A stretch of 32,000 nucleotides of DNA from Candidatus Nitrospira inopinata (lineage in GTDB: Bacteria; Nitrospirota; Nitrospiria; Nitrospirales; Nitrospiraceae): contig NZ_LN885086.1 of assembly GCF_001458695.1 (NCBI RefSeq), positions 2,550,001-2,582,000 on the forward strand, in the 5' to 3' direction. The notes beneath the pieces were generated by a model that was not told the origin of the DNA, searched no databases, and saw nothing but the letters and a program-made list of their open reading frames with translations. The position numbers and the translations under genes are program-made. Positions 15,980 through 24,332 of the stretch are shown in pieces (the first letter of the stretch is position 1; each line of letters starts with the position of its first letter).

Positions 15980-17500
15980 ATGACTCCCGATCTTGCTCAC
16001 ACCATGAACCCCCAAAACATGGAAACGGACATGGGGACGGGCATGGGTACGATTGCCCCTGAGCCGGCCCTTCATCGTCCTGCCAATCCGTTCGGGTCGT
16101 CCTTCTCGCATGCGGTGAGTCTGATCTCGGCGGCGCTGCTGCTCTCGGTTTTTGGATCGCTGCTCTGGTTTTCTGCGACGGTGCCGCCGCTTAATCGTGT
16201 TGAAGAGCCGGATCAGGCTCTTGATCTGATGGTCGGGCGCATGATGGAGGCGCAAGAGGAACTTCGCCGTCTTCCCCCCTGGCAACAGCGGCTGACCGAA
16301 TGGATGGTCGGGAGCAACGACTATGAACGGCTGCTCGCCATCCAGTGGTATCAAGAGCTGGTTGAGGCCACGGATGACCCACTCTCGAAGCTACGGCTTG
16401 CGATTCTCCAAGCGGAAGAGGGGCAAGAGCAGGACGTGCTGGCCGAGGTCCAAACGTGGCGGGAGCTTCCCGCGCCGATGCCGCTCTATGCCCGGTGGAT
16501 CGAGGCGGCCTACGGTTCGGAGGAGTTGAAACACGATGAAACGGCCGAATGGCAAGAAGTCTTGACGGACACCCTGCCGGACGGTTGGTTCTCTAGAACC
16601 TTGGCGAGCAGGTTGGCGCAACGGTCGGGAGACGGCGATCTCCTCGTCGCCCTGGAGAAGCCGGTTGAACGGCGGGGATCTCGGCTTCAGGATCGATTGA
16701 ACGGCCTTCTGTTTGCTGAGCTGTTTTGTGTCATCGTCGGTTCTCTTGCATTGGCAACGATCATTCGCCGGCGAAAAGTCCGGCCGGATTGTATCCGTCT
16801 TGCCGGTTCCGGTGTTCCTGCTCCGTGGGCCGCCGAGGTCGGCACGGCCGTGTTGCTGCGCGGGGGCGCGATGGGGGCCCTGATCACCATTGCGTTTCTC
16901 TTGGCGCCGCCAATTGATTCCTTATTGATCAAGGTCGTGGCAATCCCCTTGGCCAACCTTCCCCTCTTGATTCTGGCCTATGTCCATCTCCTCAAGCCGG
17001 CCGGGCTCGATATCCGGAGGGCGTTCGGTTTTCACATTGACCGGGCCGACCTTGGCCGATTGGCTGTCGCGACGTTGGGTACGATTGCGGCGGGACTCTG
17101 GGGCGAATGGGTGATCGGACAGGCTCTTGAACGAGTGGAGATCACGAACCATTGGACGGAATGGTTCGATGCCGATCTGGTCTGGGGGACGGGAGCGGCG
17201 CTGACCGTCAGTTTGCTGGAGTATATCGTCTTCGCGCCGGTCTTTGAAGAAATTGCCTTTCGAGGGCTCTTGTTCGCCACCCTTCGTCACCGGCTGTCGT
17301 TTGCTCCCGCCGCGCTCGTGAGCGCCGCTATGTTTGCCGCCGCCCATGGTTACGGCTTGATCGGGTTTCTCAGCGTGTGGTGGAGCGGAATCCTGTGGGC
17401 TTGGGTCTATGAGAGGACGGGGAGCCTCTTGCCTGGGATGGTCGCTCACGCGACGAACAATCTGTTTGTCTCATTGACGGTCATGGCGTTGCTTCGCTAG
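15980..17500 (+). CDS. CPBP-family (CAAX/Abi) intramembrane glutamic endopeptidase with long N-terminal extension
   Basis: C-terminal motifs FAPVFEEIAFRGLLF, FAAAHG and HATNNL are the CPBP signature. The N-terminal part, about 270 aa, has one TM plus a helical soluble region. The start is uncertain: ATGs at 15980, 16004, 16019 and 16031. Confidence 0.75.
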   Translation: MTPDLAHTMNPQNMETDMGTGMGTIAPEPALHRPANPFGSSFSHAVSLISAALLLSVFGSLLWFSATVPPLNRVEEPDQALDLMVGRMMEAQEELRRLPPWQQRLTEWMVGSNDYERLLAIQWYQELVEATDDPLSKLRLAILQAEEGQEQDVLAEVQTWRELPAPMPLYARWIEAAYGSEELKHDETAEWQEVLTDTLPDGWFSRTLASRLAQRSGDGDLLVALEKPVERRGSRLQDRLNGLLFAELFCVIVGSLALATIIRRRKVRPDCIRLAGSGVPAPWAAEVGTAVLLRGGAMGALITIAFLLAPPIDSLLIKVVAIPLANLPLLILAYVHLLKPAGLDIRRAFGFHIDRADLGRLAVATLGTIAAGLWGEWVIGQALERVEITNHWTEWFDADLVWGTGAALTVSLLEYIVFAPVFEEIAFRGLLFATLRHRLSFAPAALVSAAMFAAAHGYGLIGFLSVWWSGILWAWVYERTGSLLPGMVAHATNNLFVSLTVMALLR

Positions 17501-18314
17501 GAGCTTCCGCCGCGACGATCTGTTCCAAAGACTGAAGCAAGTCGGTATGGAGAAGCGGTACACCGGCTTGCGCCAAGAGTGAGAGGAGCTTGCCGTTGTC
17601 GATACATTTGCCGATCGACCCGTCTTCAACTTCAACTACCGGTTGAACTCCAAATTGCTCCCTCGCCAGGCGGCAGATGTCTTGCCAGGTTCGTGGCGTC
17701 CCGTCACTCACATTGTAAGCTTCTCCCGGCATACCTCGTTCGAGGGCAACTAGACAGATTTCTGCCAGGTCTTCCACGTGGATCAAGTTGACATATTTGC
17801 GCGAAGGACCGACTCGCCCCTGTTTGATCCACTTAAGAGGATGGCGCCCTGGTCCATAGATGCCGGAAACTCTCAACACGATGGCTCGACAAGTGGTTCT
17901 CAGCCATTCATCACCTTGCACGCGAGGTTTTGATCTGTCCAGCGGTGCTGTTTCATCAACCCATGCAGGAGGGTCGTTGCGCGACAAGGTCGTTTGATAG
18001 GCCGAGGTACTGCCCAAGACCACCAGACGGTCGGCCGTCATGTTTATGGTTGCGGCAAATTCTTGAACGAGTCCCAGCGGCTCGGCGGGAAAACACCAGA
18101 GGAGGTTGAAATCGCGAGGGAGATTGCGCCATGTCGTCCGATCTGCAAGATCGAAACGAATTCGACGCTCCGGTGGAACAAAGAGAAGATGGCGATCTGG
18201 ATCACGGCTCGTCGCCAAGACAACCCGATATTGGGCCTGTCCCCTCTCATATACCAATCGACCAGTGTAACCGGTTCCCAGAATGACCAATGGTTTCACG
18301 GTCTCTGCGGTCAC
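17481..18314 (-). CDS. NAD(P)-dependent epimerase/dehydratase-like (atypical SDR) protein
   Basis: The track ORF 17481..18584 is trimmed to GTG 18314, preceded by AAGGAGAGGAG with a 5-nt spacer. Rossmann motif VILGTGYTG lies right at the N-terminus. Also ...SGIYGPGR... and NLIHVEDLA. Confidence 0.75.
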   Translation of the reverse strand: MTAETVKPLVILGTGYTGRLVYERGQAQYRVVLATSRDPDRHLLFVPPERRIRFDLADRTTWRNLPRDFNLLWCFPAEPLGLVQEFAATINMTADRLVVLGSTSAYQTTLSRNDPPAWVDETAPLDRSKPRVQGDEWLRTTCRAIVLRVSGIYGPGRHPLKWIKQGRVGPSRKYVNLIHVEDLAEICLVALERGMPGEAYNVSDGTPRTWQDICRLAREQFGVQPVVEVEDGSIGKCIDNGKLLSLLAQAGVPLLHTDLLQSLEQIVAAEAPSEATP

Positions 18315-18410
18315 GTGTGCTCCTCTCCTTCGTGACCCATCTTGTTCACAAGCACAGAAGAAAAACAACGGGGCTTCTTTATTCATGCCATCGAGTGTCC
18401 TCCCGGGGCA

Positions 18411-18419
18411 TGGTAAGAT
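18411..18419 (+). promoter_or_regulatory. Extended -10 box TGgTAAGAT, 8 nt upstream of ATG 18428 (leaderless-type promoter candidate)
   Basis: Read directly. It overlaps the alternative ATG at 18410 and therefore favours 18428 as the lhr start. Confidence 0.35.
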
Positions 18420-18427
18420 TCCATCCC

Positions 18428-21400
18428 ATGCCGCTTTCCGAGTTTCATCCTTTAATCGCCGACTGGTTCCTATCCCACATCGGCGAGCCGACTGACGTGC
18501 AACGTAAGGCCTGGCCGTCCATTCGATCGGGCTCGGACGTCTTGATCGCCGCGCCGACCGGCTCAGGAAAAACCTTGGCCGCATTTCTTTCTTGTCTCGA
18601 CCACTTGTTCCAACAAGCGTTGGCGCGTGAGCTGGAAGACCGGACTCAAGTGCTCTATGTCTCGCCGCTCAAGGCGCTGAGCAACGATGTGCAGAAAAAT
18701 CTGCAACGGCCGCTGGCCGAAATCGGTCAAGCCGCCTTGCAAGCCGGGCTCCTCATGCCGGATCTGCGCGTGCTCGTCAGGACCGGCGATACGCCCGTCG
18801 CCGATCGCCAACGGATGCTCAAGCGGCCTCCCCATATTTTGGTGACGACGCCGGAGTCGCTGTTCATTCTGCTCACGGCGGATAAGAGCCGTGCGATGCT
18901 CCGAACAGTCCGCACCGTCATTGTGGACGAAATTCATGCGGTTGCCCCCACCAAACGGGGCGCCCATCTCGCCCTCTCGCTGGAACGGCTGGACGACTTG
19001 ATAGGAACCAGACCTCAACGGATCGGCCTCTTGGCCACCCAGAGGCCGGTCGAGTTGGTCGCGCGGTTTCTGGTGGGGAATCGAGATCCGTTCCGTGTCG
19101 CGGGCGAATCCACAAGCGGTTCCGTCCCGGCACTTCATGATCGGAATTCAGTACCCTGCACGATCATCGACATCGGCCATCGTCGGGAGTTGGACCTGGC
19201 CGTGGAGGCGCCAAAGGATGAGTTGAGCGCCGTGGCAACCAACGCGATCTGGGCGGATGTCCATGATCGCCTTGCCGACCTGGTTCGGCACCATCGATCG
19301 ACCCTGGTCTTTGTAAACACGAGACGACTAGCCGAGCGGGTCGCCCATGTGTTGGAAGAACGGCTTGCCGATCTTGGGCCGGATGTGGTGGCGGCGCACC
19401 ATGGAAGCCTCTCACGACAGATCCGTCTCCGGGCGGAAGAACGGTTGAAGACCGGCAAGACGCGGGTCGTGATCGCCACGGCATCCCTCGAATTGGGCAT
19501 CGATGTCGGAACCGTGGATCTCGTCTGTCAGATCGGCTCACCCCGCGCCATCGCGACCTGCCTGCAACGGGTCGGGCGGGCCGGCCATTGGATCACGGCC
19601 ATTCCCAAGGGACGGCTCTTCGCGTTGACACGGGATGATCTGGTGGAGTGTGCGGCGCTGGTGCGAGCAATTCGAAAGGGTCTGCTCGACCAAATCGACA
19701 TTCCTGATGCTCCACTGGATATCTTGGCCCAACAGATTATCGCATCGGTCGCCAGCCGCCCATGGTCAGAAGAAGAATTGTTTGCCCTCTGCCGCCGGGC
19801 CTATCCCTATCGCAATCTCGCCCGTTCGGAGTTTGACCGGGTCATTCACATGCTGGCGGATGGCATCGCCACCAAACGGGGACGGGGGCAGGCCTATCTC
19901 TTCCACGACCGAATCAATCGCAGGCTCAAGGCACGGCGCGGCGCCAGATTGGCCGCCATCACCTCCGGCGGGGCCATTCCCGAAACGGCGACCTATCAAG
20001 TCGTCGCCGAACCGGACGGCACGGTGGTGGGATCGGTGGACGAAGATTTTGCCGTCGAAAGTCTGGCCGGCGACATCATGTTGCTGGGCAATACCTCCTG
20101 GCGCATCAAGGGGATTGAAGCAGGCAAGGTCCGGGTCGAAGATGCTCAGGGAGCCCCGCCGACCATTCCCTTTTGGCGAGGCGAGGCTCCATCCCGCACG
20201 GCCAAACTGTCGGCGGCCGTGGCCGAACTGAGACATGACCTCGAGGGGCGTTTGGTCAAGCAGGGGGTACCGGAGTCGTCCGACGGTGGCCGAGAGGAAT
20301 CAACGAACGGAGCCCTGTTATTGAAAACTTCTCCAGCCGTCCTTCAATGGCTGAAAGAGCAATGTCGCCTGGATGTGAGGGGAGCGCAACAGGTGGTGGA
20401 GTATCTGCTGGCCGGACGAGCCGTGCTGGGTACGGTTCCGACGCAGGAAACCATCGTGGCAGAACGGTTCTTCGACGAAAGCGGCGGCATGCAGTTGGTA
20501 ATCCATGCCCCGTTTGGCGGCCGGATCAACCGAGCTTGGGGCCTGGCCCTTCGCAAACGGTTCTGTCTGACATTCGATTTCGAGCTGCAAGCGGCGGCGG
20601 CGGAGAACGGGATCGTCATTTCACTTGGCGAGCGACACAGTTTTCCATTGGAATCGGTCTTTGGCTATGTCCATTCGTCGTCTGTCCGCGATGTGCTCAT
20701 CCAGGCGCTCTTGCCGTCGCCCATGTTCATGACGAGATGGCGGTGGACAGCCGGCCGATCGTTGGCCCTGCTCCGATTCGCACAGGGCAAGAAAGTCCCT
20801 CCGCACATTCAACGAATGAAGGCGGAGGATTTGCTGGCGGCGGTCTTCCCCGATGCCCTCGCCTGCCAGGACAATATGGTCGGCGAACGGACCAGGCAGA
20901 TTCCCGATCATCCGCTGATAAGAGAGACCTTCAAGGATTGCCTCACGGATGCCATGGATCTGGAGGGATTGCAAACCATCCTCCAACGAATCGAACAGGG
21001 TATCATCCGCTGCGTAGCGGTGGAGACACCGGTCCCCTCGCCCTTCTCGCACGAGATCCTAAATGCCAATCCCTATGCGTTTCTCGATGACGCGCCGTTG
21101 GAAGAACGGCGGGCTCGCGCCGTGGAACTCAGGCGAACTCTGCCCCCTGACTTGGCCGGAGCGATCGGCACGCTCGATCCATCAGCCATCGAATTGGTGA
21201 GACAAGAATCCTGGCCCGTCGTGCGCGACGAAGACGAACTTCATGATGCCCTGCTGACCTTGGGCTGGATGCCGGAGCCGATTCCTGTCGAATGGATGCC
21301 CCATGTCTCTGGTTTGCTCACCGCATCGCGTATTGTGCGGCTGGCTCCATCGGCTTCTTCTCTCTTGCTTCCTCAAGTGGCCGGGTGGGTGGCGGCTGAG

Positions 21401-22885
21401 AACCGCGATCGGATCGAGCAGTTGTTCGCCTGGCAAGACGAAACGGTGTTGGATTCCATCGTCCTGGGCTGGATGGAGAGCACCGGCCCGACAACCGTCG
21501 AGGAGTTGGCCGGGAAGCTTGGCTTTGCGGCCGGACCGGTGGAACAGGCCATGGCTCGTCTAGAGCATTCGGGGCAGGTACTTAGAGGGTCATTTCGGTC
21601 CTCGTTGTCAAACGGTGTTCGAGTTGTCGAATGGTGCCATCGTCGCCTCCTGGCCCGCATCCATCGCCTGACGGTAGGGCGACTGCGACGGGAGATCCAA
21701 CCGGTCACGGCGGCGGACTTCATGCGATTTTTATTGCGATGGCACCACATTGTTCCGTCGGCTCGTCTTCATGGCGAAACGGGACTGGCAGAGATTATCG
21801 GGCAACTGGCGGGTTTTGAAGCTCCGGCGTCCCTGTGGGAGTCACACCTCTTGCGCGTGCGACTGACGCGATATGAACCGGAGTGGTTGGATCGACTCTG
21901 TTTGAGCGGCTCCGTCGGATGGGGGCGCCTTTCCCTCCACGACAGACTCTTGTCCGGTTTTGAAGTGAGCATCGAAAACCGGCGAACTCGTGGCATTGTG
22001 TCAACCAGTGCCACGCCGATCAGCCTCTTTCCCCGTGAAGAGCGCGACTGGCTGCGAGCAGCCGTGCAGGGGCAGTTCGCCGGGGGAGGAGGCCACACAT
22101 CCGGGTTGAGTCAGATAGGGCAAGCCGTCAAGGCTGTCCTTGAGAGGCAAGGAGCCTGTTTTTTTGGCGACCTGGTTCGGGCGACCGGCGCCCTCCCCAG
22201 CGAGGTGGAACAGGGGCTGTGGGAACTGGCTGCTGCCGGACTCGCCACGGCCGACGGGTTCGACAACCTGCGCGCCTTGATCGATCCGCATCGGCGGCGG
22301 GGTGAGGGACGGGCGAGAGGTCATCGTCCTCGTCACGCGAGCGGAAGGTGGTCTCTGTTGCTGTCGATGGACCCAGGTCCGATGGCAATCGACGACCAAG
22401 GGCAGGGGGGCCAATGGTCTGGATCGGCGGGCGAATCATGGCCCGACATTCAGAAAGGGGCCACCGTGGTTGAGTCCGTCGCCCGCCGGCTGTTGCGGCG
22501 CTATGGGGTGGTGTTTCGTGATCTGCTGGGGCGTGACTCGCTGGCGCTCCCCTGGCGGGATCTGCTCGTTCAGTATCGTCGCATGGAGATGGCCGGGGAG
22601 ATTCGCGGCGGGAGATTCGTCACCGGTTTTGTCGGCGAGCAGTTTGCGTTGCCGGAGGCGGTCGAGAGTCTGCGGGCGCTCCGCAAGTTGGAGGAAGACC
22701 GAGAGCAGACGATCAAACTGTCGGCCTGCGATCCCCTCAACCTGACCGGAATCATTCTCCCCGGTCCGCGCGTCCCGGCCGTGACGACGAATTTCGTCAT
22801 TCTGCGAAACGGAATCGTGGATCGTGTCATCACCGGAGGAGAGCGGCAACGGTCAAACGAGCGAGGGGTGGCGGTACCGATTTAA
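18428..22885 (+). CDS. lhr: Lhr-family large ATP-dependent DEAD/DEAH-box helicase (full-length, about 1485 aa)
   Basis: N-terminus MPLSEFHPLIADWF...QRKAW. Walker A AAPTGSGKT, DEIH box (VIVDEIHAV), SLELGIDVG, and motif VI QRVGRAGH. The long C-terminal extension is typical of Lhr. The start could be 18410 or 18428. Confidence 0.9.
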   Translation: MPLSEFHPLIADWFLSHIGEPTDVQRKAWPSIRSGSDVLIAAPTGSGKTLAAFLSCLDHLFQQALARELEDRTQVLYVSPLKALSNDVQKNLQRPLAEIGQAALQAGLLMPDLRVLVRTGDTPVADRQRMLKRPPHILVTTPESLFILLTADKSRAMLRTVRTVIVDEIHAVAPTKRGAHLALSLERLDDLIGTRPQRIGLLATQRPVELVARFLVGNRDPFRVAGESTSGSVPALHDRNSVPCTIIDIGHRRELDLAVEAPKDELSAVATNAIWADVHDRLADLVRHHRSTLVFVNTRRLAERVAHVLEERLADLGPDVVAAHHGSLSRQIRLRAEERLKTGKTRVVIATASLELGIDVGTVDLVCQIGSPRAIATCLQRVGRAGHWITAIPKGRLFALTRDDLVECAALVRAIRKGLLDQIDIPDAPLDILAQQIIASVASRPWSEEELFALCRRAYPYRNLARSEFDRVIHMLADGIATKRGRGQAYLFHDRINRRLKARRGARLAAITSGGAIPETATYQVVAEPDGTVVGSVDEDFAVESLAGDIMLLGNTSWRIKGIEAGKVRVEDAQGAPPTIPFWRGEAPSRTAKLSAAVAELRHDLEGRLVKQGVPESSDGGREESTNGALLLKTSPAVLQWLKEQCRLDVRGAQQVVEYLLAGRAVLGTVPTQETIVAERFFDESGGMQLVIHAPFGGRINRAWGLALRKRFCLTFDFELQAAAAENGIVISLGERHSFPLESVFGYVHSSSVRDVLIQALLPSPMFMTRWRWTAGRSLALLRFAQGKKVPPHIQRMKAEDLLAAVFPDALACQDNMVGERTRQIPDHPLIRETFKDCLTDAMDLEGLQTILQRIEQGIIRCVAVETPVPSPFSHEILNANPYAFLDDAPLEERRARAVELRRTLPPDLAGAIGTLDPSAIELVRQESWPVVRDEDELHDALLTLGWMPEPIPVEWMPHVSGLLTASRIVRLAPSASSLLLPQVAGWVAAENRDRIEQLFAWQDETVLDSIVLGWMESTGPTTVEELAGKLGFAAGPVEQAMARLEHSGQVLRGSFRSSLSNGVRVVEWCHRRLLARIHRLTVGRLRREIQPVTAADFMRFLLRWHHIVPSARLHGETGLAEIIGQLAGFEAPASLWESHLLRVRLTRYEPEWLDRLCLSGSVGWGRLSLHDRLLSGFEVSIENRRTRGIVSTSATPISLFPREERDWLRAAVQGQFAGGGGHTSGLSQIGQAVKAVLERQGACFFGDLVRATGALPSEVEQGLWELAAAGLATADGFDNLRALIDPHRRRGEGRARGHRPRHASGRWSLLLSMDPGPMAIDDQGQGGQWSGSAGESWPDIQKGATVVESVARRLLRRYGVVFRDLLGRDSLALPWRDLLVQYRRMEMAGEIRGGRFVTGFVGEQFALPEAVESLRALRKLEEDREQTIKLSACDPLNLTGIILPGPRVPAVTTNFVILRNGIVDRVITGGERQRSNERGVAVPI

Positions 22886-23745
22886 CGAGCGGCTGGAATC
22901 GCCAGCAGAGGACAACGGGCGCCGCGCAAGACCCGTTCGGTTGTGCTCCCACGCATCATGTCCAGCAACGAATCGTGCCCGCTTGTCACCATGACGATCA
23001 AATCCACGTCGAAGTCTTCCCCCATTCCAAGGATCACGTCCACGACGTCTCCGTGGCAAACCATGGAGCGCCACACGAGCCCCTTCCGCATCGGGTAGGT
23101 GAGGTCCGGCGCCGTCTCGGGCCTGCCGACATGGATGAGAAGCCCTGTTATTCGCTCGCACCCCAACAGGTCGGCCAACTGCGCCGTGAGATCGACGGCC
23201 GCCTGGGGATTGGGTTGTTCATGGACCGGGATCAAGACGCGGCGAAGTGAAACGGTTCCCGTTTCTTTGGAGACGAATCCTTCGACGTGCGCCGGCACAA
23301 ACAGGGTCGGGACGCGGCTCCCTCGTGCGACCGGTTCGGCCACCGTCCGATGTTGCCAGCGATCAAGACCGTCATATTGATGCGTCGTCATGACGAGCAG
23401 GTCGGCTGGATCGTCGGATAAATGCCGCAGCAGGGCTTCGGTCGGGTTTTTAGCGACGGCGCGGACCTTTCTCACGGTCAGTCCCGACCGTGCCATGTCC
23501 TCTTCACCGGCATTGGGCGGAAGCACCTTCCATCGTTTAAGAATCGGAGTGATCCGAGGAAAATCCTCGTAATCCTCGCGGGTCACGTCCGGATCGACGT
23601 GCATGACGGATAATTCACCCCTGACCGCGAGTGCGAGTTTCACGGCATGCAACAGGGCGGTATGGCTGTCGATGGAGAAATCCGTTGGATGAAAAATCCG
23701 CCGAAACGGCTGCGCTGCTTGGATGGAAACGGATGAATCGGTCAT
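22882..23745 (-). CDS. Tandem universal stress protein (UspA-family) domain protein
   Basis: Two USP-like halves: RIFHPTDFS...LLVMTTH and RVLIPVH...DLIVMVTSGH...GSTTERVLRGARCPLLAIP. SD-like AAAGG lies 6 nt before ATG 23745. Confidence 0.8.
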   Translation of the reverse strand: MTDSSVSIQAAQPFRRIFHPTDFSIDSHTALLHAVKLALAVRGELSVMHVDPDVTREDYEDFPRITPILKRWKVLPPNAGEEDMARSGLTVRKVRAVAKNPTEALLRHLSDDPADLLVMTTHQYDGLDRWQHRTVAEPVARGSRVPTLFVPAHVEGFVSKETGTVSLRRVLIPVHEQPNPQAAVDLTAQLADLLGCERITGLLIHVGRPETAPDLTYPMRKGLVWRSMVCHGDVVDVILGMGEDFDVDLIVMVTSGHDSLLDMMRGSTTERVLRGARCPLLAIPAAR

Positions 23746-23904
23746 TGGGAACCTTTCTGTCGGCGTTGACTACGAGGGCTTCGTGGTTTCTCTCGGACCG
23801 GCCTATTGTGGAAGAGCCGCCTGGTTGTTGCAAGATAATCTCGCAGGGCGATGTTGTGACAGAGCTTGAATCGGAGACTCGAACGGGTCTAGCCCTACGA
23901 GATC

Positions 23905-24324
23905 CTACTTTGGAGCACCCTGTCCGCACACCAAGGTCCAGATTCCCTCGTTCATGCTGCCGGGCTCTACCGGACGCCATAGTCCTTCTTGTTCTCCCCA
24001 AGCTATGCGTTTGCCCATGCCCCTGTGCCCGTCATAATCCGCAAACGCCGTCAGTCGTATCAGTTTGTTCGGACAGTTCACTTGTTTTCGCGCGACGGTC
24101 GAATAAAATCTGGTCGGCGATCGCCCGCCTTGCATCACGGTCCAGTCAATCAACACGGAAACGGTCCTCAGTCCGTCCTCCTGCTTGATCGAGTCACGAT
24201 CGACAGAGACCATCCGAAATCCCGGCTCCTGATACCGATGATCCAGCAACGTCCACTCCGCGCGGGCCGGCTCACCGGCTAGGACCGTCGCCGCGAGCCC
24301 GATCACCGGCATGACCCCCGCCAT
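23905..24324 (-). CDS. Secreted surface-adhesin-E-like family protein
   Basis: The track ORF 23905..24636 overlaps the radical SAM gene. I trimmed it to ATG 24324, 8 nt after the radical SAM stop. Signal: MAGVMPVIGLAATVLAGEPARA. Pattern: W.......VSVDRDSI...G...V.VL.DW......S.......V.C......L.....Y........I.....W.PV.PGS.....W..VCG. Confidence 0.65.
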   Translation of the reverse strand: MAGVMPVIGLAATVLAGEPARAEWTLLDHRYQEPGFRMVSVDRDSIKQEDGLRTVSVLIDWTVMQGGRSPTRFYSTVARKQVNCPNKLIRLTAFADYDGHRGMGKRIAWGEQEGLWRPVEPGSMNEGIWTLVCGQGAPK

Positions 24325-24332
24325 CTTGCGCC

